From an uncultured Thermoplasmata archaeon (lineage in GTDB: Archaea > Thermoplasmatota > Thermoplasmata > UBA10834), in the NCBI GenBank assembly GCA_963719945.1, contig CAVRDX010000003.1:224001-288000 (forward strand): a stretch of 64,000 nucleotides of DNA, given 5' to 3'. The notes beneath the pieces are model-generated. The model was given only the letters and a program-made list of their open reading frames with translations, did no database searches and was not told the origin of the DNA. The position numbers were made by a program, and so were the translations under genes. Positions within the stretch are counted from its first letter, which is position 1, and every line of letters starts with the position of its first letter. Shown here one piece after another: positions 50,238 to 61,353 of the stretch.

Positions 50238-51428
50238 ATGTATCTGCGGAATGGCCGAGCGGCTATCATCGACCTTTCGACAGGAGCGGTCAGTGAGCAG
50301 GAGTTGGCCGAGGACACTCTGCTGAGCGAGATGTCATCGATCGAACTGTCCTCATCTCTATCCGTCGAACATGGGAATGCATTGGTACTCGGCTCCGGTC
50401 TATTGACGGGAAGCCTGGTTCCAGCCGCATGTACGGGCATGGTCTTCTCCTCAGATGAGAGCGGAAAGGGAACGATCTCGCCAATCATGGGCATGGCCGG
50501 TGTCGAGCTGAAGCTGGCAGGTTTCGATTTCATAGTGGTCAAAGGTGAGTCTCCGGAGGCAGGATATCTATGGGTCAGGGATGGCATCGCAGAGTTCGTC
50601 CCGCTTCCAGAGATGCTCGGGATGGATTCCTGGGCTAGGACGGACAGGATAAGGGTGGATCAAGGTGACCGTCGCATACAGGTGATCGCATCAGGGCCAC
50701 TTGGAGATGCCAGACACCCTTCTTCCAGGCTCGTCACGAACCATTGGCTGGGTGAGGACGAGGTGGGACTCGCATCAGCTTTCGGGAAGAGGCGATTATG
50801 CGCGGTGGCCTTCAGAGGGATGGGCGAGTTGGAGGTCGCTGATCCGGAAGCGCATTTCGCATCCTCGGTGGATCTGCAGAAAGAGCATATCTCGAAGCTT
50901 GGTGTGTCCGCAGGACTCGCATCTTATTTTGGAGGTGCGGATGTCGACCACTTTAAGAATATCATACACCGCGTCATCGGATGCTTCGGATGCCCGCATC
51001 CTTGCAGATCATATGCCAAAGTGAATGAGGCCCCTGGAAAGATGTCGATGGGAGCCTCTGAGCCAGGATATCTCCATTATGATATCATTTCCTTGAAGAC
51101 TGCCTTCGATGCAGGTATCGATTCCTCAGACGCGACGAGGATCATGATGACCTGTTCGAAAGCCGGGATCGATCCCGTCTCAGCCCTATCTGCCCTCGGA
51201 ACGGATGCGATAGGGATGAGTGTTGCTGAGCTGGTTTCCAGAGCATCTTTGTTCGGGACCATCGACCGGTCGAACCTGGAAGGGTCGTTCATCAAGGCGG
51301 TGTCCGACCCGGAATCTTATTCGAGGATCGTCTCTCTTGGTCTGTGCCCCAGATACTGGGGCAAAATCGGTCTCGACATGTCCTCAATTTCGTCATCTAT
51401 CGAATCAGCTATCGGAAACCCTCTTTGA
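50238..51428 (+). CDS. Short, divergent aldehyde:ferredoxin oxidoreductase-like protein
   Basis: IDLSTG, GLLTGS, ELKLAGFDFIVVKGES, GCFGCPHPC and LGLC. Only 396 aa. Confidence 0.75.
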   Translation: MYLRNGRAAIIDLSTGAVSEQELAEDTLLSEMSSIELSSSLSVEHGNALVLGSGLLTGSLVPAACTGMVFSSDESGKGTISPIMGMAGVELKLAGFDFIVVKGESPEAGYLWVRDGIAEFVPLPEMLGMDSWARTDRIRVDQGDRRIQVIASGPLGDARHPSSRLVTNHWLGEDEVGLASAFGKRRLCAVAFRGMGELEVADPEAHFASSVDLQKEHISKLGVSAGLASYFGGADVDHFKNIIHRVIGCFGCPHPCRSYAKVNEAPGKMSMGASEPGYLHYDIISLKTAFDAGIDSSDATRIMMTCSKAGIDPVSALSALGTDAIGMSVAELVSRASLFGTIDRSNLEGSFIKAVSDPESYSRIVSLGLCPRYWGKIGLDMSSISSSIESAIGNPL

Positions 51429-51470
51429 CCTCAAGGCCTTTCAAAAGGTTTTTCCAATGCTCGTGCATCT

Positions 51471-52031
51471 ATGATACAGGGTGTAGCGTTGAAGATACTA
51501 GTCACAACCGGCATGCCTGGCTCCGGCAAAGAAGAATTCCTGAAGTGCTGCGCAGACAGAGGCGCGAAGGTCATCCGAATGGGCGATGTCGTGCGGGAGA
51601 AGGCAAAGGAGTTCGGCCTGGACCATTCTGACAAGAACCTGGGCGGACTCGCCAATGATGAGCGGAAGAAGTTTGGAATGGACATTTGGGCCAAGAGAGT
51701 CATCCCGCTCGTGGGCGGCGACCTTGTGGTCATCGACGGGACCAGAGGACCGGACGAGATCAAGGCGTTCAAGAACGCATTCGGCGCGAATCTCATGACT
51801 GTCGCAATACACACATCCCCAAAGACTCGTTTCGAGAGATTGAAAGCCAGGGCCCGTTCAGATTCTCCAACGAAACTGTCTGAGTTCGAGATACGGGACC
51901 GCCGAGAGCTCGAATGGGGATTGGGGGACGCGATCGCACTCGCTGACCACATGGTCATAAACGAGTCGACCCGCGAGGACCTCAAAGTGCAGGTCGACAA
52001 GCTCCTGGATGCTCTGCTGGCAAAGGGGTGA
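51471..52031 (+). CDS. UPF0200 / COG0237 family P-loop nucleotide kinase
   Basis: TGMPGSGK, MGDVVRE, VIDGTR, RFERL..R.RSD and RDRREL.WG. Confidence 0.85.
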   Translation: MIQGVALKILVTTGMPGSGKEEFLKCCADRGAKVIRMGDVVREKAKEFGLDHSDKNLGGLANDERKKFGMDIWAKRVIPLVGGDLVVIDGTRGPDEIKAFKNAFGANLMTVAIHTSPKTRFERLKARARSDSPTKLSEFEIRDRRELEWGLGDAIALADHMVINESTREDLKVQVDKLLDALLAKG

Positions 52032-52035
52032 ACCG

Positions 52036-52305
52036 CTGGAGTTTCTGGCCATCAAGCCCTGCAAGTTCGATGCCTACGAGGCAGTTCCAAAGATGAAATT
52101 GGATCTGGACCTCGATGTATGTGAGGCAAAGCTATCTCGGGCAGGCTACGAGATAGTTACCAACGCAGGTGTGATGCTGACGATGAGGAAGGATGGTTTG
52201 GAGATCACGGTGTACCCTCACGGCAGACTTCTGATGCATCCGATAAAGAACAGAGACGATGCAGAGGCTCAGGCGCGCAGTCTCTATAGTGTCATTGAAT
52301 TGTGA
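52036..52305 (+). CDS. Small hypothetical protein
   Basis: (M)EFLAIKPCKFDAYEAVP...ITVYPHGRLL. The probable start is CTG 52036 after GGGGTGA. Confidence 0.7.
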   Translation: MEFLAIKPCKFDAYEAVPKMKLDLDLDVCEAKLSRAGYEIVTNAGVMLTMRKDGLEITVYPHGRLLMHPIKNRDDAEAQARSLYSVIEL

Positions 52306-52393
52306 CGTTCGGGCACACTTTGATACGGACATCCACGGTTTCACTTTAATATTATATCACGATTCTTGTGATGAAATCGCGAAGGTGATATGA

Positions 52394-53320
52394 GTGATAG
52401 AGCTTCATAATCTATCGAAATCGTTCGGGCCTATAAATGCCGTGAGCAACCTGACCCTGACGGTCGAGAAAGGCACTACCGTGGGGTTCCTTGGACCTAA
52501 CGGTGCTGGGAAGACCACAACGATCAAGATCCTCACGAACATGATCTCCGCGACGGATGGTCGAGCGCTCCTGAATGGCGTCGATGTGATCAGCCATCCC
52601 AAGGAAGCTCTGGCTCACGTCGGAGCAGTGGTGGAAACACCCGAATTCTATCCCTATCTGAACCCTGTGGAGACGCTCTCCTACCTGGGCCGCATCCGAG
52701 GCATGAAGTCGAGTGACATCAAGATAAGAACAAACGAGATCCTCGACATGGTCAAGCTATCCGAATGGCGTTCGACCCGCATAGGAAAATTCTCAAAGGG
52801 GATGAAACAAAGGTTGGCTATAGGACAGGCCCTTCTTCACGAACCGGACATACTCATACTCGACGAGCCGACGAGCGGACTAGATCCCCGCGGGATGGTC
52901 GAGGTCCGTGAGATAATACGCTCGCTCAAGAAGCAGAACTACACGATATTCATGAGCTCTCACCTCCTCGGAGAGGTCCAGGACACCTGCGATAGAGCTG
53001 CCCTGATAGATCATGGCAAGTTGTTGGTCTACGACTCGATAGATAATCTCAAGAATCTGAGCAAGGTCTCCAAGATCGAGGTCACCAGCATCGGTCCGAT
53101 CGAGGACGCGATGGTCGCCAAGATGCAATCGATGCCCAACATGAGGGCGATCGACCGGGTCAACCATTCCACTTTGGTGATGACATATGAGGGTTCGCTC
53201 GAGAGCAGGGCAGAACTCCTTTCCATGATACAGTCCCTCGGAATACGGGTGACTGGATTCAGTCCAGTCGGTCTTCCACTCGAGATGATGTATATGGATC
53301 TGGTCAAGGAGTCGAGGTGA
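52394..53320 (+). CDS. ABC-2 type exporter ATP-binding subunit
   Basis: GPNGAGKTT, FSKGMKQR, LDEPTSGLDP and SSHLL. Confidence 0.93.
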   Translation: MIELHNLSKSFGPINAVSNLTLTVEKGTTVGFLGPNGAGKTTTIKILTNMISATDGRALLNGVDVISHPKEALAHVGAVVETPEFYPYLNPVETLSYLGRIRGMKSSDIKIRTNEILDMVKLSEWRSTRIGKFSKGMKQRLAIGQALLHEPDILILDEPTSGLDPRGMVEVREIIRSLKKQNYTIFMSSHLLGEVQDTCDRAALIDHGKLLVYDSIDNLKNLSKVSKIEVTSIGPIEDAMVAKMQSMPNMRAIDRVNHSTLVMTYEGSLESRAELLSMIQSLGIRVTGFSPVGLPLEMMYMDLVKESR

Positions 53321-54165
53321 TTATGATGACGGAGGAACTCAAAGTGACACACGCGCTGCCATCCGACTCTGAGCAGATACCGGTGGTCTGGAGATACGAG
53401 CTGCTCAAGTACCTTAGGTCAAAGCGATTGGTCGCGTCGCTCGCGATCGTAGCGCTGATGGTATCGCTCCTCTACCTTCTACCGTTCGCCTTTGGAGATT
53501 CATATGAGGACACCTCATCCGAGGATTTCGCGACGACTTTCATGGGGTTCGCCAGCATACTGGTCATAATCTGCGCGACGTTTTTCGGAGCTGATTCGAT
53601 AGTCAGCGAATTCCAGAACAGGACGGGATACCTCATACTTCCCAATCCTATCAAGAGGTCGACTCTATTCTTGGGCAAGTTCGCAGCCAGCATTACTGCA
53701 GGCGTGATTGTCATAGGCTTATTCTATGTGTTGACTGCGATACTCTCATTGGTCTCTACTGGAGGCATCGACGCTGATTTCGGGCTATCTTTCGCGTTCT
53801 GCATAGAATACCTGTTGGCTGCGATGGCAATCGCCTATCTGATCGGGACCATTCTGAAGGGATCGACAGGTGCGATCGTGCTGACCTTCTTCCTGTTGTT
53901 CATGATCCTTCCAATAGTGGATGCGGTCTCGATGGTGTCGGACGTGGAGATAGATGGCTCACTGACATACGCGGCAGGCGTTATTTCGTACATCCTCGAG
54001 GATCCGTATCCCGTGGACATGCCGCCGCAGGATGTGGGTCAGGGCTTCATGATCAGCTCTTTCTATCCTGACCCTGGCATTGCAGCGATCGTCATGTTTG
54101 CCTATGCCATCGTGGCTCTGGCGGTCAGCATGGTGCTGTTCAAGAGGAAGCAGTTGGCGGGATAG
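53317..54165 (+). CDS. ABC-2 type exporter permease
   Basis: Six TM segments and the motif SIVSEFQNRTGYLILPNPIKRS.LFLGKF. Confidence 0.88.
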   Translation: MIMMTEELKVTHALPSDSEQIPVVWRYELLKYLRSKRLVASLAIVALMVSLLYLLPFAFGDSYEDTSSEDFATTFMGFASILVIICATFFGADSIVSEFQNRTGYLILPNPIKRSTLFLGKFAASITAGVIVIGLFYVLTAILSLVSTGGIDADFGLSFAFCIEYLLAAMAIAYLIGTILKGSTGAIVLTFFLLFMILPIVDAVSMVSDVEIDGSLTYAAGVISYILEDPYPVDMPPQDVGQGFMISSFYPDPGIAAIVMFAYAIVALAVSMVLFKRKQLAG

Positions 54166-55339
54166 GCGGCGGTGGCGGTGGCACCTGACCTGGGGGAGAT
54201 CCCCAGTTCGCCCGCTGTTTCCTTGCAGCGGCGATGTCAACCACTCTCAGGAAGTCCTCTCTGGTTATGACACCGACCAGACTTCCTGACTCGTTCACGA
54301 CCGCCAATCGGTCGACTTTCTTCTCGCTCATCAGCTTCAGCGCGTCGACGGCAATAGTGCTCGGCGTGACAGTGATCGCTGGTGAGATCATCACATCCCT
54401 CACCCGGGCGAATGGAAAAGTCTGCATCGAGATCTTCTTGGTGTCTGCGAGAGTGACCATTCCCACGAGTCCTCTGTCGACGACCGGGAATCCTTTGTGA
54501 CGGGTATAGTACATCAGGTCGATGAGCTGCTGCACAGAAGTATCGGGGTGCACGACTTTGACATCGGTGGACATCAACCCCATCACATTCATGCCTTCGA
54601 GGCTATCGTTGATTATCGTCGCCTGCTCTTCGTCCCTTCCTGCGAAATAGATGAAGATCGCGATTGCGATCAGAATGATGTCGAAGCCCAGCCATATCGC
54701 GAACACTCCCATCGCGATCGCGCAGAATCTTCCGACTGCAGCTGCTTTCTTGGTTGCTTGAAGGTGCGACATCCTAGTAGCCAGCGCAGATCGCAGAACC
54801 CTTCCGCCATCCATCGGGAATGCTGGCAGTAGATTGAATGCTGCAAGGAATACGTTGTAGAACGCGATGAGGCCGAGCAATATCAGCGTGCCTTCGAGGA
54901 CTATCGAGTTGGATTCGATTAGTGCAAGAAGTTGCATCGACCCGTAGAAGACAAACCCCATGGCGAAACTGGACAGCGGCCCGGCAGCAGCCATCATCAA
55001 TTCCTGGCGTGGCTTCTTCGGAATCTCCTCCATCGTCGCGATCCCGCCGAATATCATCAGGGTTATGCTCCTGATCTTGACACCGTATCTCATCGCTACA
55101 TACGAATGGGCCAGTTCGTGGATGATGACTGTGATGAAGAAGATCACGGCTGCGACGGCGCTGAAAGCAACTCTTGTTCCCCAGTCGGTATCCAGCCCGC
55201 CAAATCCTAGGGTGATCCCTAATATCTCACTGCTGTTTTGATAGAACAAGAATACGATGAACGCGAGTATGATTATGAATGTCAGATGCAGCTTCATGGG
55301 TATGCCCATTATTCGTCCGATCGTGAGCGATGAATTCAT
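54140..55339 (-). CDS. Site-2 protease (M50) with a CBS domain pair
   Basis: HELAH, AAGP, NLLPAFPMDGG, two CBS domains and a Pro-rich tail. Confidence 0.93.
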   Translation of the reverse strand: MNSSLTIGRIMGIPMKLHLTFIIILAFIVFLFYQNSSEILGITLGFGGLDTDWGTRVAFSAVAAVIFFITVIIHELAHSYVAMRYGVKIRSITLMIFGGIATMEEIPKKPRQELMMAAAGPLSSFAMGFVFYGSMQLLALIESNSIVLEGTLILLGLIAFYNVFLAAFNLLPAFPMDGGRVLRSALATRMSHLQATKKAAAVGRFCAIAMGVFAIWLGFDIILIAIAIFIYFAGRDEEQATIINDSLEGMNVMGLMSTDVKVVHPDTSVQQLIDLMYYTRHKGFPVVDRGLVGMVTLADTKKISMQTFPFARVRDVMISPAITVTPSTIAVDALKLMSEKKVDRLAVVNESGSLVGVITREDFLRVVDIAAARKQRANWGSPPGQVPPPPPPIPPTASS

Positions 55340-55464
55340 CGAATCGTATTGTCCGTCTCCAGTATTTAATGCTTGGACGATTTCTTAGTCACTCTGGCAG
55401 CAATATTTTTCCGAAAAGGTCATATAAAAGCAATGCTACTGTCATTCAAAGGGATGGGTATTAC

Positions 55465-58400
55465 TTGCGCCGTTTGATGGCAACATGCTTGCTGGCCGTC
55501 ATTGTAGCATCTTTAATTGTGCCTGCTCATCTTATGATTTCCATCGAATCTGAGAGCGGCATGACGCCTTTGGTGGATGCTTCTTCCGAGTCATCTCCTC
55601 CCTTGAGCAGCATATCGTTCTCTCAATCGATTGACACATCTCAGATCGTTCTCGAGTATCCTCTCGTTTCGCGCGCGCTCATGCTTCCTGGTGGATCAGT
55701 TGATGTCACAATGGGTGATATCAATGGGGATGGATTGGATGATATCATTGCTGCAGTGTCCGATGAGATGATGATTTCAGTATTCTATGGTCAGATTGAT
55801 GGTGTCTATTCGAGCTACCCATCTTATAATATCTCGCTACTCAAGGAATCCCATTAGAATCGCATCATTGATTCATATGGGACTGGCACAAACCAACATT
55901 GTCGTGTTGGAGCGGAGAATTGGATTCGTTTGACACTGAGCATTTTGCCTTGTATAACCGAATATCTGATTTTTCATTCAATAGAGTTATAGACAGGACG
56001 GTCTATGAAAACGCGACAGATTTTGTTGTTGGTGAGTTCTCCGGAGATTCATACCCTGATATGGCATTCGCTGTGCTGGGCGATGCCGCAATCTCGAGCA
56101 GGTTCGATTGAGATACTGCAAGGGCCCAACCTATGCAGATTATCTCACGACTCTGACGGTGGTTATGGGTCAAATTCCATTGATGCAGGGGATTTCAATG
56201 ATGACGGGCTCCTAGATATTGCGCTATGCAATTTATTTGATTCCAATGTTATCATTTACTCAGCCTGATACAGTTGGATTCTCCTCTGACGCTTCATGCC
56301 GAGTAGTCAGGTTCTATCAACTCGATGGCTCATCCTATCGACTATGATTCGGGCAATCTCTAAATGGTGATTCGACTAGATGATTTGTTGTCGCGACCAA
56401 GGTGCCTCCTCTGATACGAATTTCTTCTTCCAGTCATACTGACCAGCTTCCTGTGACTGAAACATATGCCAGAAGCTTAATCTATTCGATTCCGAGCGCG
56501 TATCTCTCTTGGTGACATGAATGACGACTCTCGCGATGATATAATTCTGCTCAGTGAGGAGTCATGCGTCGCTATTGTGTTTCATTCAGATCGATCGTCG
56601 TATCCAGCTTGGGGCTGAAATACCCAGTCAATTATTTCCCGTAGGTGCGTATCCAACAAGCGCTTTTGTTGGCGAAATCGATGAACATCGATGGTCCTGA
56701 CCTTCTGATTTCTACATGCGGGATGATGGCTCAGGGTCCAGCATTGCGATATATTCGACTCGATTGCCAATCCTATTCGAAATAGCAACGCGACGATATG
56801 GACCGATGTGAACTACGAGGCAACTTTGCTTGCCACAGGCGACATAAATGGTGATGACCACGAGGATATCATTGCAGTCTACCCAGCGCTGAACTCGATC
56901 TGTTATCTTCTAAGCGCGGCAGGACCATCGAATTATTGGTCATCTGGGCTATTCTTCCGATGAGATTGCTGTAGTGGATATCGATGATGATGGATTCGAC
57001 GATATCATCACATCGAATAGAACTCATGATTATGTGGACGTATTATTCGGCCAAGCTTCTCTGCCTGGATCATTCACAGTCGTGCAGCTCGGTTGCGAAT
57101 CGAATGTTACTGACTTGGCGATTGGTGACATGAACTCATGACGGTTTTCCGGATATCATCGCTAGCACATCGAATGGCTCTATTTACATATTCATGAGCA
57201 CAGGCACTGGACCGAATTTCGAGGAACCAATCGTTCTGTACCCGACCCCTGGAGTATCCATTGCATCGGTTGTAGTTGGGGACTTTGACTCTGATGGCCT
57301 CGATGACATCGCATATCCTCGCGCCGACCGGGCAATTGATATTCTGCTTCAACCCGAATCTGATTCGGAGTTCAGCCTTCCTGCGGATAGAACATTGACT
57401 GCGAGCACAGATCCTGATTTCACTTTCTTGTGGTCTGGGGATATCACTGGGGATGGACGTGACGACATCGTCGCGATGCGCCCATCAGACCCGAAAATGT
57501 ATCTGTTCGACCAAGATGATTTCATCACAGCACCTCATCCATACGCAACTCTGGATCTGCCAGAGGTTCCATCTTTCGTGACTGTGACGGATGTCACTGA
57601 TGATGGACATGCGGATGTCCTGGCGATATTCGATTCTGCTGATCTGGTATTCCTATACAGGCAGAGTGGAAGTTCCTTGCCATCATCGCCTTCAATGGTC
57701 TTCGTGACCGGTGCATATCCTGTCTGGGCTGGGCTCGGGGACGGTAATGATGATCATAGGGGCGATCTCCTGGTGGTCGATTCAGGTTCTCATAGTATCT
57801 CTGTCTGGATGCAGAACAACTTCGCTCCGACTGTCTACACCGGAGGTCCGTACACCACGGAACAGGGTGATTGGCATCAATTCAATGGCTCATGTATTAC
57901 TGGCGCCTCTGAACTTCCCTATATGGAATATAGATGGGAGTTCGGGGACGGTAGCGAATCGGATTGGTCGAGAGATTCTGCACCGCTCCATCGATACATG
58001 TCCCTCGGCAACTTCACCGTGAATGTGAGCGTCAGGGACCCTTGGGGGCTGACCGATTCGGACAGTACTTACATAGTCGTAATCGACAGTGTGCCGGATG
58101 TCGAATTCACCTGGTCTCCCTTGAATCCGATAGAAGGCCAAACGGTCGTGTTCGAGGATGCGACAGAGTCCTACGATGAATTGGTCCTGCTCAATTGGTC
58201 GGTGGACGGAGCGTTGTTCTCGACAGGCTTGGAGCACACATTATTGACATCGTTCGACGATGGCATTCACACGGTCCAGCTGACCGCCTTGGATTCCGAT
58301 GGCTCGATCGCATCGATATCACATACATTTGCGGTACAGGCGGCAGATCCCGAGATGCAGATCATCGCCCCGGGAACTGCAGATGAAGGAGACGCGGTCT

Positions 58401-60556
58401 CATTCTTGGTCATCATAGATTCATGGCATGGCGGGCCCATCGATCCAATATCCAGTTACGAATGGAATTTCTCATACACTGGTGAACCATTCGTGGCATC
58501 AGAGACGACAGGGACTTCGAACACCACTGACCATGTGTTCGGAGCTTCTGGGATATCTCAGATATATGTGGTCGCAGTGAAGGTCACGGATATCGATGGA
58601 GATCACAACATCTCCTACATCAATATCGAGATATTCGACATCGGTCCGACTGCCTTGTTCGAACTCTCGAATGCCGATCCCGAGGAAGGTATACCATTCG
58701 CGATAGTGGATGAGACTTACACCTACGACGGAATAACAACCTGGAGCTGGATGCTCACATATCCAGACAGCTCCACTGAGACATGGAATCTGGATCCGAG
58801 CGGCATGGAATCTCTGGAGTTCGTGCTCGGCAATGGTTCCTATTCAATGCGGTTGCAGGTCGCAGAGGCAGACGGAGATTCAAACGCGTTCATTCTAGAT
58901 TTCGAAGTGGCCGAGATACCGCCACTCATAACTCTGATCGCCAGACCCTTATCGTCTTCATATCTTGAATTCCAGACCATGACTCTGTCTGCCCAAGTGC
59001 AGAGCCACGATGAAATCACCGGGTATCAATGGGATTTCGTATCACTAGGTGCTCAATTCATCATGGATGTCTCGACCGATTCGAACGAGACGACTCATAG
59101 TTACAGCTGGGTAGGGAACTACACTGCCAAGGTGAATGTGACAGACGAAGATGGATCATATGCTGTTGCAGAGCTAGATATTGAGGTCGTCGATGCAGGA
59201 TTGTCTGCGACGTTCGAATCCGATGTGGATATCTTGCGGGAAGACATGAACCGGACCTACGAGCTCACTTTTGACGCATCATCTATCGCCACAAGATTCC
59301 CTGACATATCTCTGACGACATGGGAGTTCGGGGATGGCTCGAAGGAGATACTTCCAGGTCCACCATCTGAAACGATAACTCACGAATACGATCCTATCCA
59401 CGACTATGTCGTGAACCTCACGATATCCGATGACGATGGGAACACGCTCATCATCTCAAAAACGCTCCTACTCATCCAACCTTCCATCGAGCTGATCAAT
59501 CCCATCGACGACAATGTGATCCGCTCAGGATCACCGATACGGTTCATCATTGGTGATGACTCGCCACCATTGGTATCTGTTCAATATTCTGTCGATTCAC
59601 AGTCGTACATGGATTTCGAGACCATGTACTCCATAGACACTGCTGGTTGGACGGACGGCACATATTCGATCTGTGTGCGCGCAGAGGACAAGGATGGCAA
59701 CATCGCAGTGAAGGACGATGTCGAAATCAGAATCGATGACACATCCCCCTCGGTAGAGGTCCTATGGTCCGAGATATCTGCATACGGTGGCGACAAGGTC
59801 AACATATCCATACAGATCACCGACGAGAACATCGATCCTGATTCAGTCGTGTTGCTCATAAAGTATCCAGGTGACGATTCCACATCATCGTTATTGATGC
59901 GGCCAGGGCTAGATGGCAAATTTTATGTCCTTGTGGAGATGCCAAAGAGATCCGGGACTGTCGAGTTCTATGTCCATGTGGCTGATCTAGCAGGCAACGA
60001 GATGACGACCGAACCGGACTACTTCGAAGTGAAACTGCATTTCATCGATGCCGCATGGCCATATCTGCTGGTTGCCGCGATGATCGCAATGGTTGGAACG
60101 GGGTTCTATTTCCTTCGTGAATCCAAGATCGCGGTGGACGAGACATTCGTGATATACAATGACGGCAGGATGCTTGCTCACAGCACTCGTCGTCTCAAGC
60201 CTGGAATGGACGATCAGGTGCTGAGCAGCATGTTCGTTGCGATCCAGGACTTCATAAAGGATTCCTTCAAGGACGAGACATCATTCACACTCCGCAAACT
60301 CGATTTCGGAGACAAGTCCGTTCTCATCGAGAAAGGGGATCATCTGTTCCTCGCAGTAGTTCTCCACGGCAAGGCCTCGAAGAAGGTGGCCAGGAAGATG
60401 AAGGATGTCCTCGACGACATCGAGGATGAGTTCTCAACGGTGCTCATGAACTGGGATGGTGACTTGGACCAGGTACGGGGAGTCACGGACATGGTCAGTC
60501 GACTGTATTCGAAAGCCCCGACCATGCCATCGGGACTGAATAGAAAGGAGACATAG
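55465..60556 (+). CDS. Large surface protein: FG-GAP/VCBS repeats, PKD/Ig-like domains, TM helix and cytoplasmic longin/roadblock-like domain; 5' part (~55850-57150) broken by several frameshifts
   Basis: GDINGDGLDDI, GEFSGDSYPD, GDFNDDGLLDI, GDINGDDHED and GDFDSDGLDD motifs are spread over several reading frames. The frame is intact from 57194 and contains WEFGDG PKD motifs. A signal peptide begins at 55465. Confidence 0.75.
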
Positions 60557-60564
60557 GTGATCGC

Positions 60565-61353
60565 TTGAGCATTCCTCTTCCTGATCTGCCCACCATCATC
60601 GGTGTGACGATATTCTGTACGTTCCTGGCGATAGTATCGTACAAGAAGAGGATATTCGATCTGTCAGGCTCGTTGTCTGCATTCCTGGTCGGGATGGTCA
60701 TTGGGTTATGCGGCAATGTGTTGTGGCTCGTGCTGCTCCTAGTATTTCTCATGACGAGCTTCGGGGCGACGAAGTACAGGTTCGAATGGAAGAAATCCGA
60801 AGGCTTCCAAGAGGGATCCAAGGGCGAGAGGAATTGGAGGAACATAGCTGCGAACGGTGCAATACCTACGATCATAGCGTTTGCGAGCTTCGTGTCTGAA
60901 TTCGCTAGCGGAGGTGACCCCTCAGCTAACTGGCTTCCTAAGGACATGGCGAGTTATCTCTTCGTATCGTCCATCGCAGTGGCCGCCTCGGATACGGCTG
61001 CGAGTGAGATCGGGATCATCGATCCGAGGGTCTTTTTGATAACGACCCTGAAGCGAACAAAGCGTGGTGTGGATGGAGGCGTGTCAGTGACTGGCCAGCT
61101 TATGGCATTCATCGCTGCAGCGTATACATCCGTCGTCGCATATGTGGTCTTCGCTGCCATAAATCAAGACCTTCTTGCTGGCCCACCGACTCTCTTCATA
61201 CCGATGCTATGTGGATTTCTCGGATGCCAGATCGACAGTGTGATCGGCGCAACATGGGAGACGAGGGGTCGGATAGGTAAGCTCGGGAATAATTTCACAT
61301 CGATCGCGATCGGCACGCTTATCGCACTGGCATTGGCGTTGGCCTCCGGTTAG
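60565..61353 (+). CDS. DUF92 (TMEM19-like) membrane protein
   Basis: RNWRNIAANG, AASDTAASEIG, GVDGGVS and DSVIGA. Confidence 0.92.
   Translation: MSIPLPDLPTIIGVTIFCTFLAIVSYKKRIFDLSGSLSAFLVGMVIGLCGNVLWLVLLLVFLMTSFGATKYRFEWKKSEGFQEGSKGERNWRNIAANGAIPTIIAFASFVSEFASGGDPSANWLPKDMASYLFVSSIAVAASDTAASEIGIIDPRVFLITTLKRTKRGVDGGVSVTGQLMAFIAAAYTSVVAYVVFAAINQDLLAGPPTLFIPMLCGFLGCQIDSVIGATWETRGRIGKLGNNFTSIAIGTLIALALALASG

Noticed and set aside
51471-52031. Calling this gene coaE (dephospho-CoA kinase)
   Set aside because: The archaeal COG0237/UPF0200 family is often labelled this way, but the activity cannot be supported from the sequence alone.
29147-61353. Pyrrolysine readthrough at TAG stops
   Set aside because: The TAG codons fall at the natural C-termini of complete proteins, and no pyl or methylamine methyltransferase genes are in the window.
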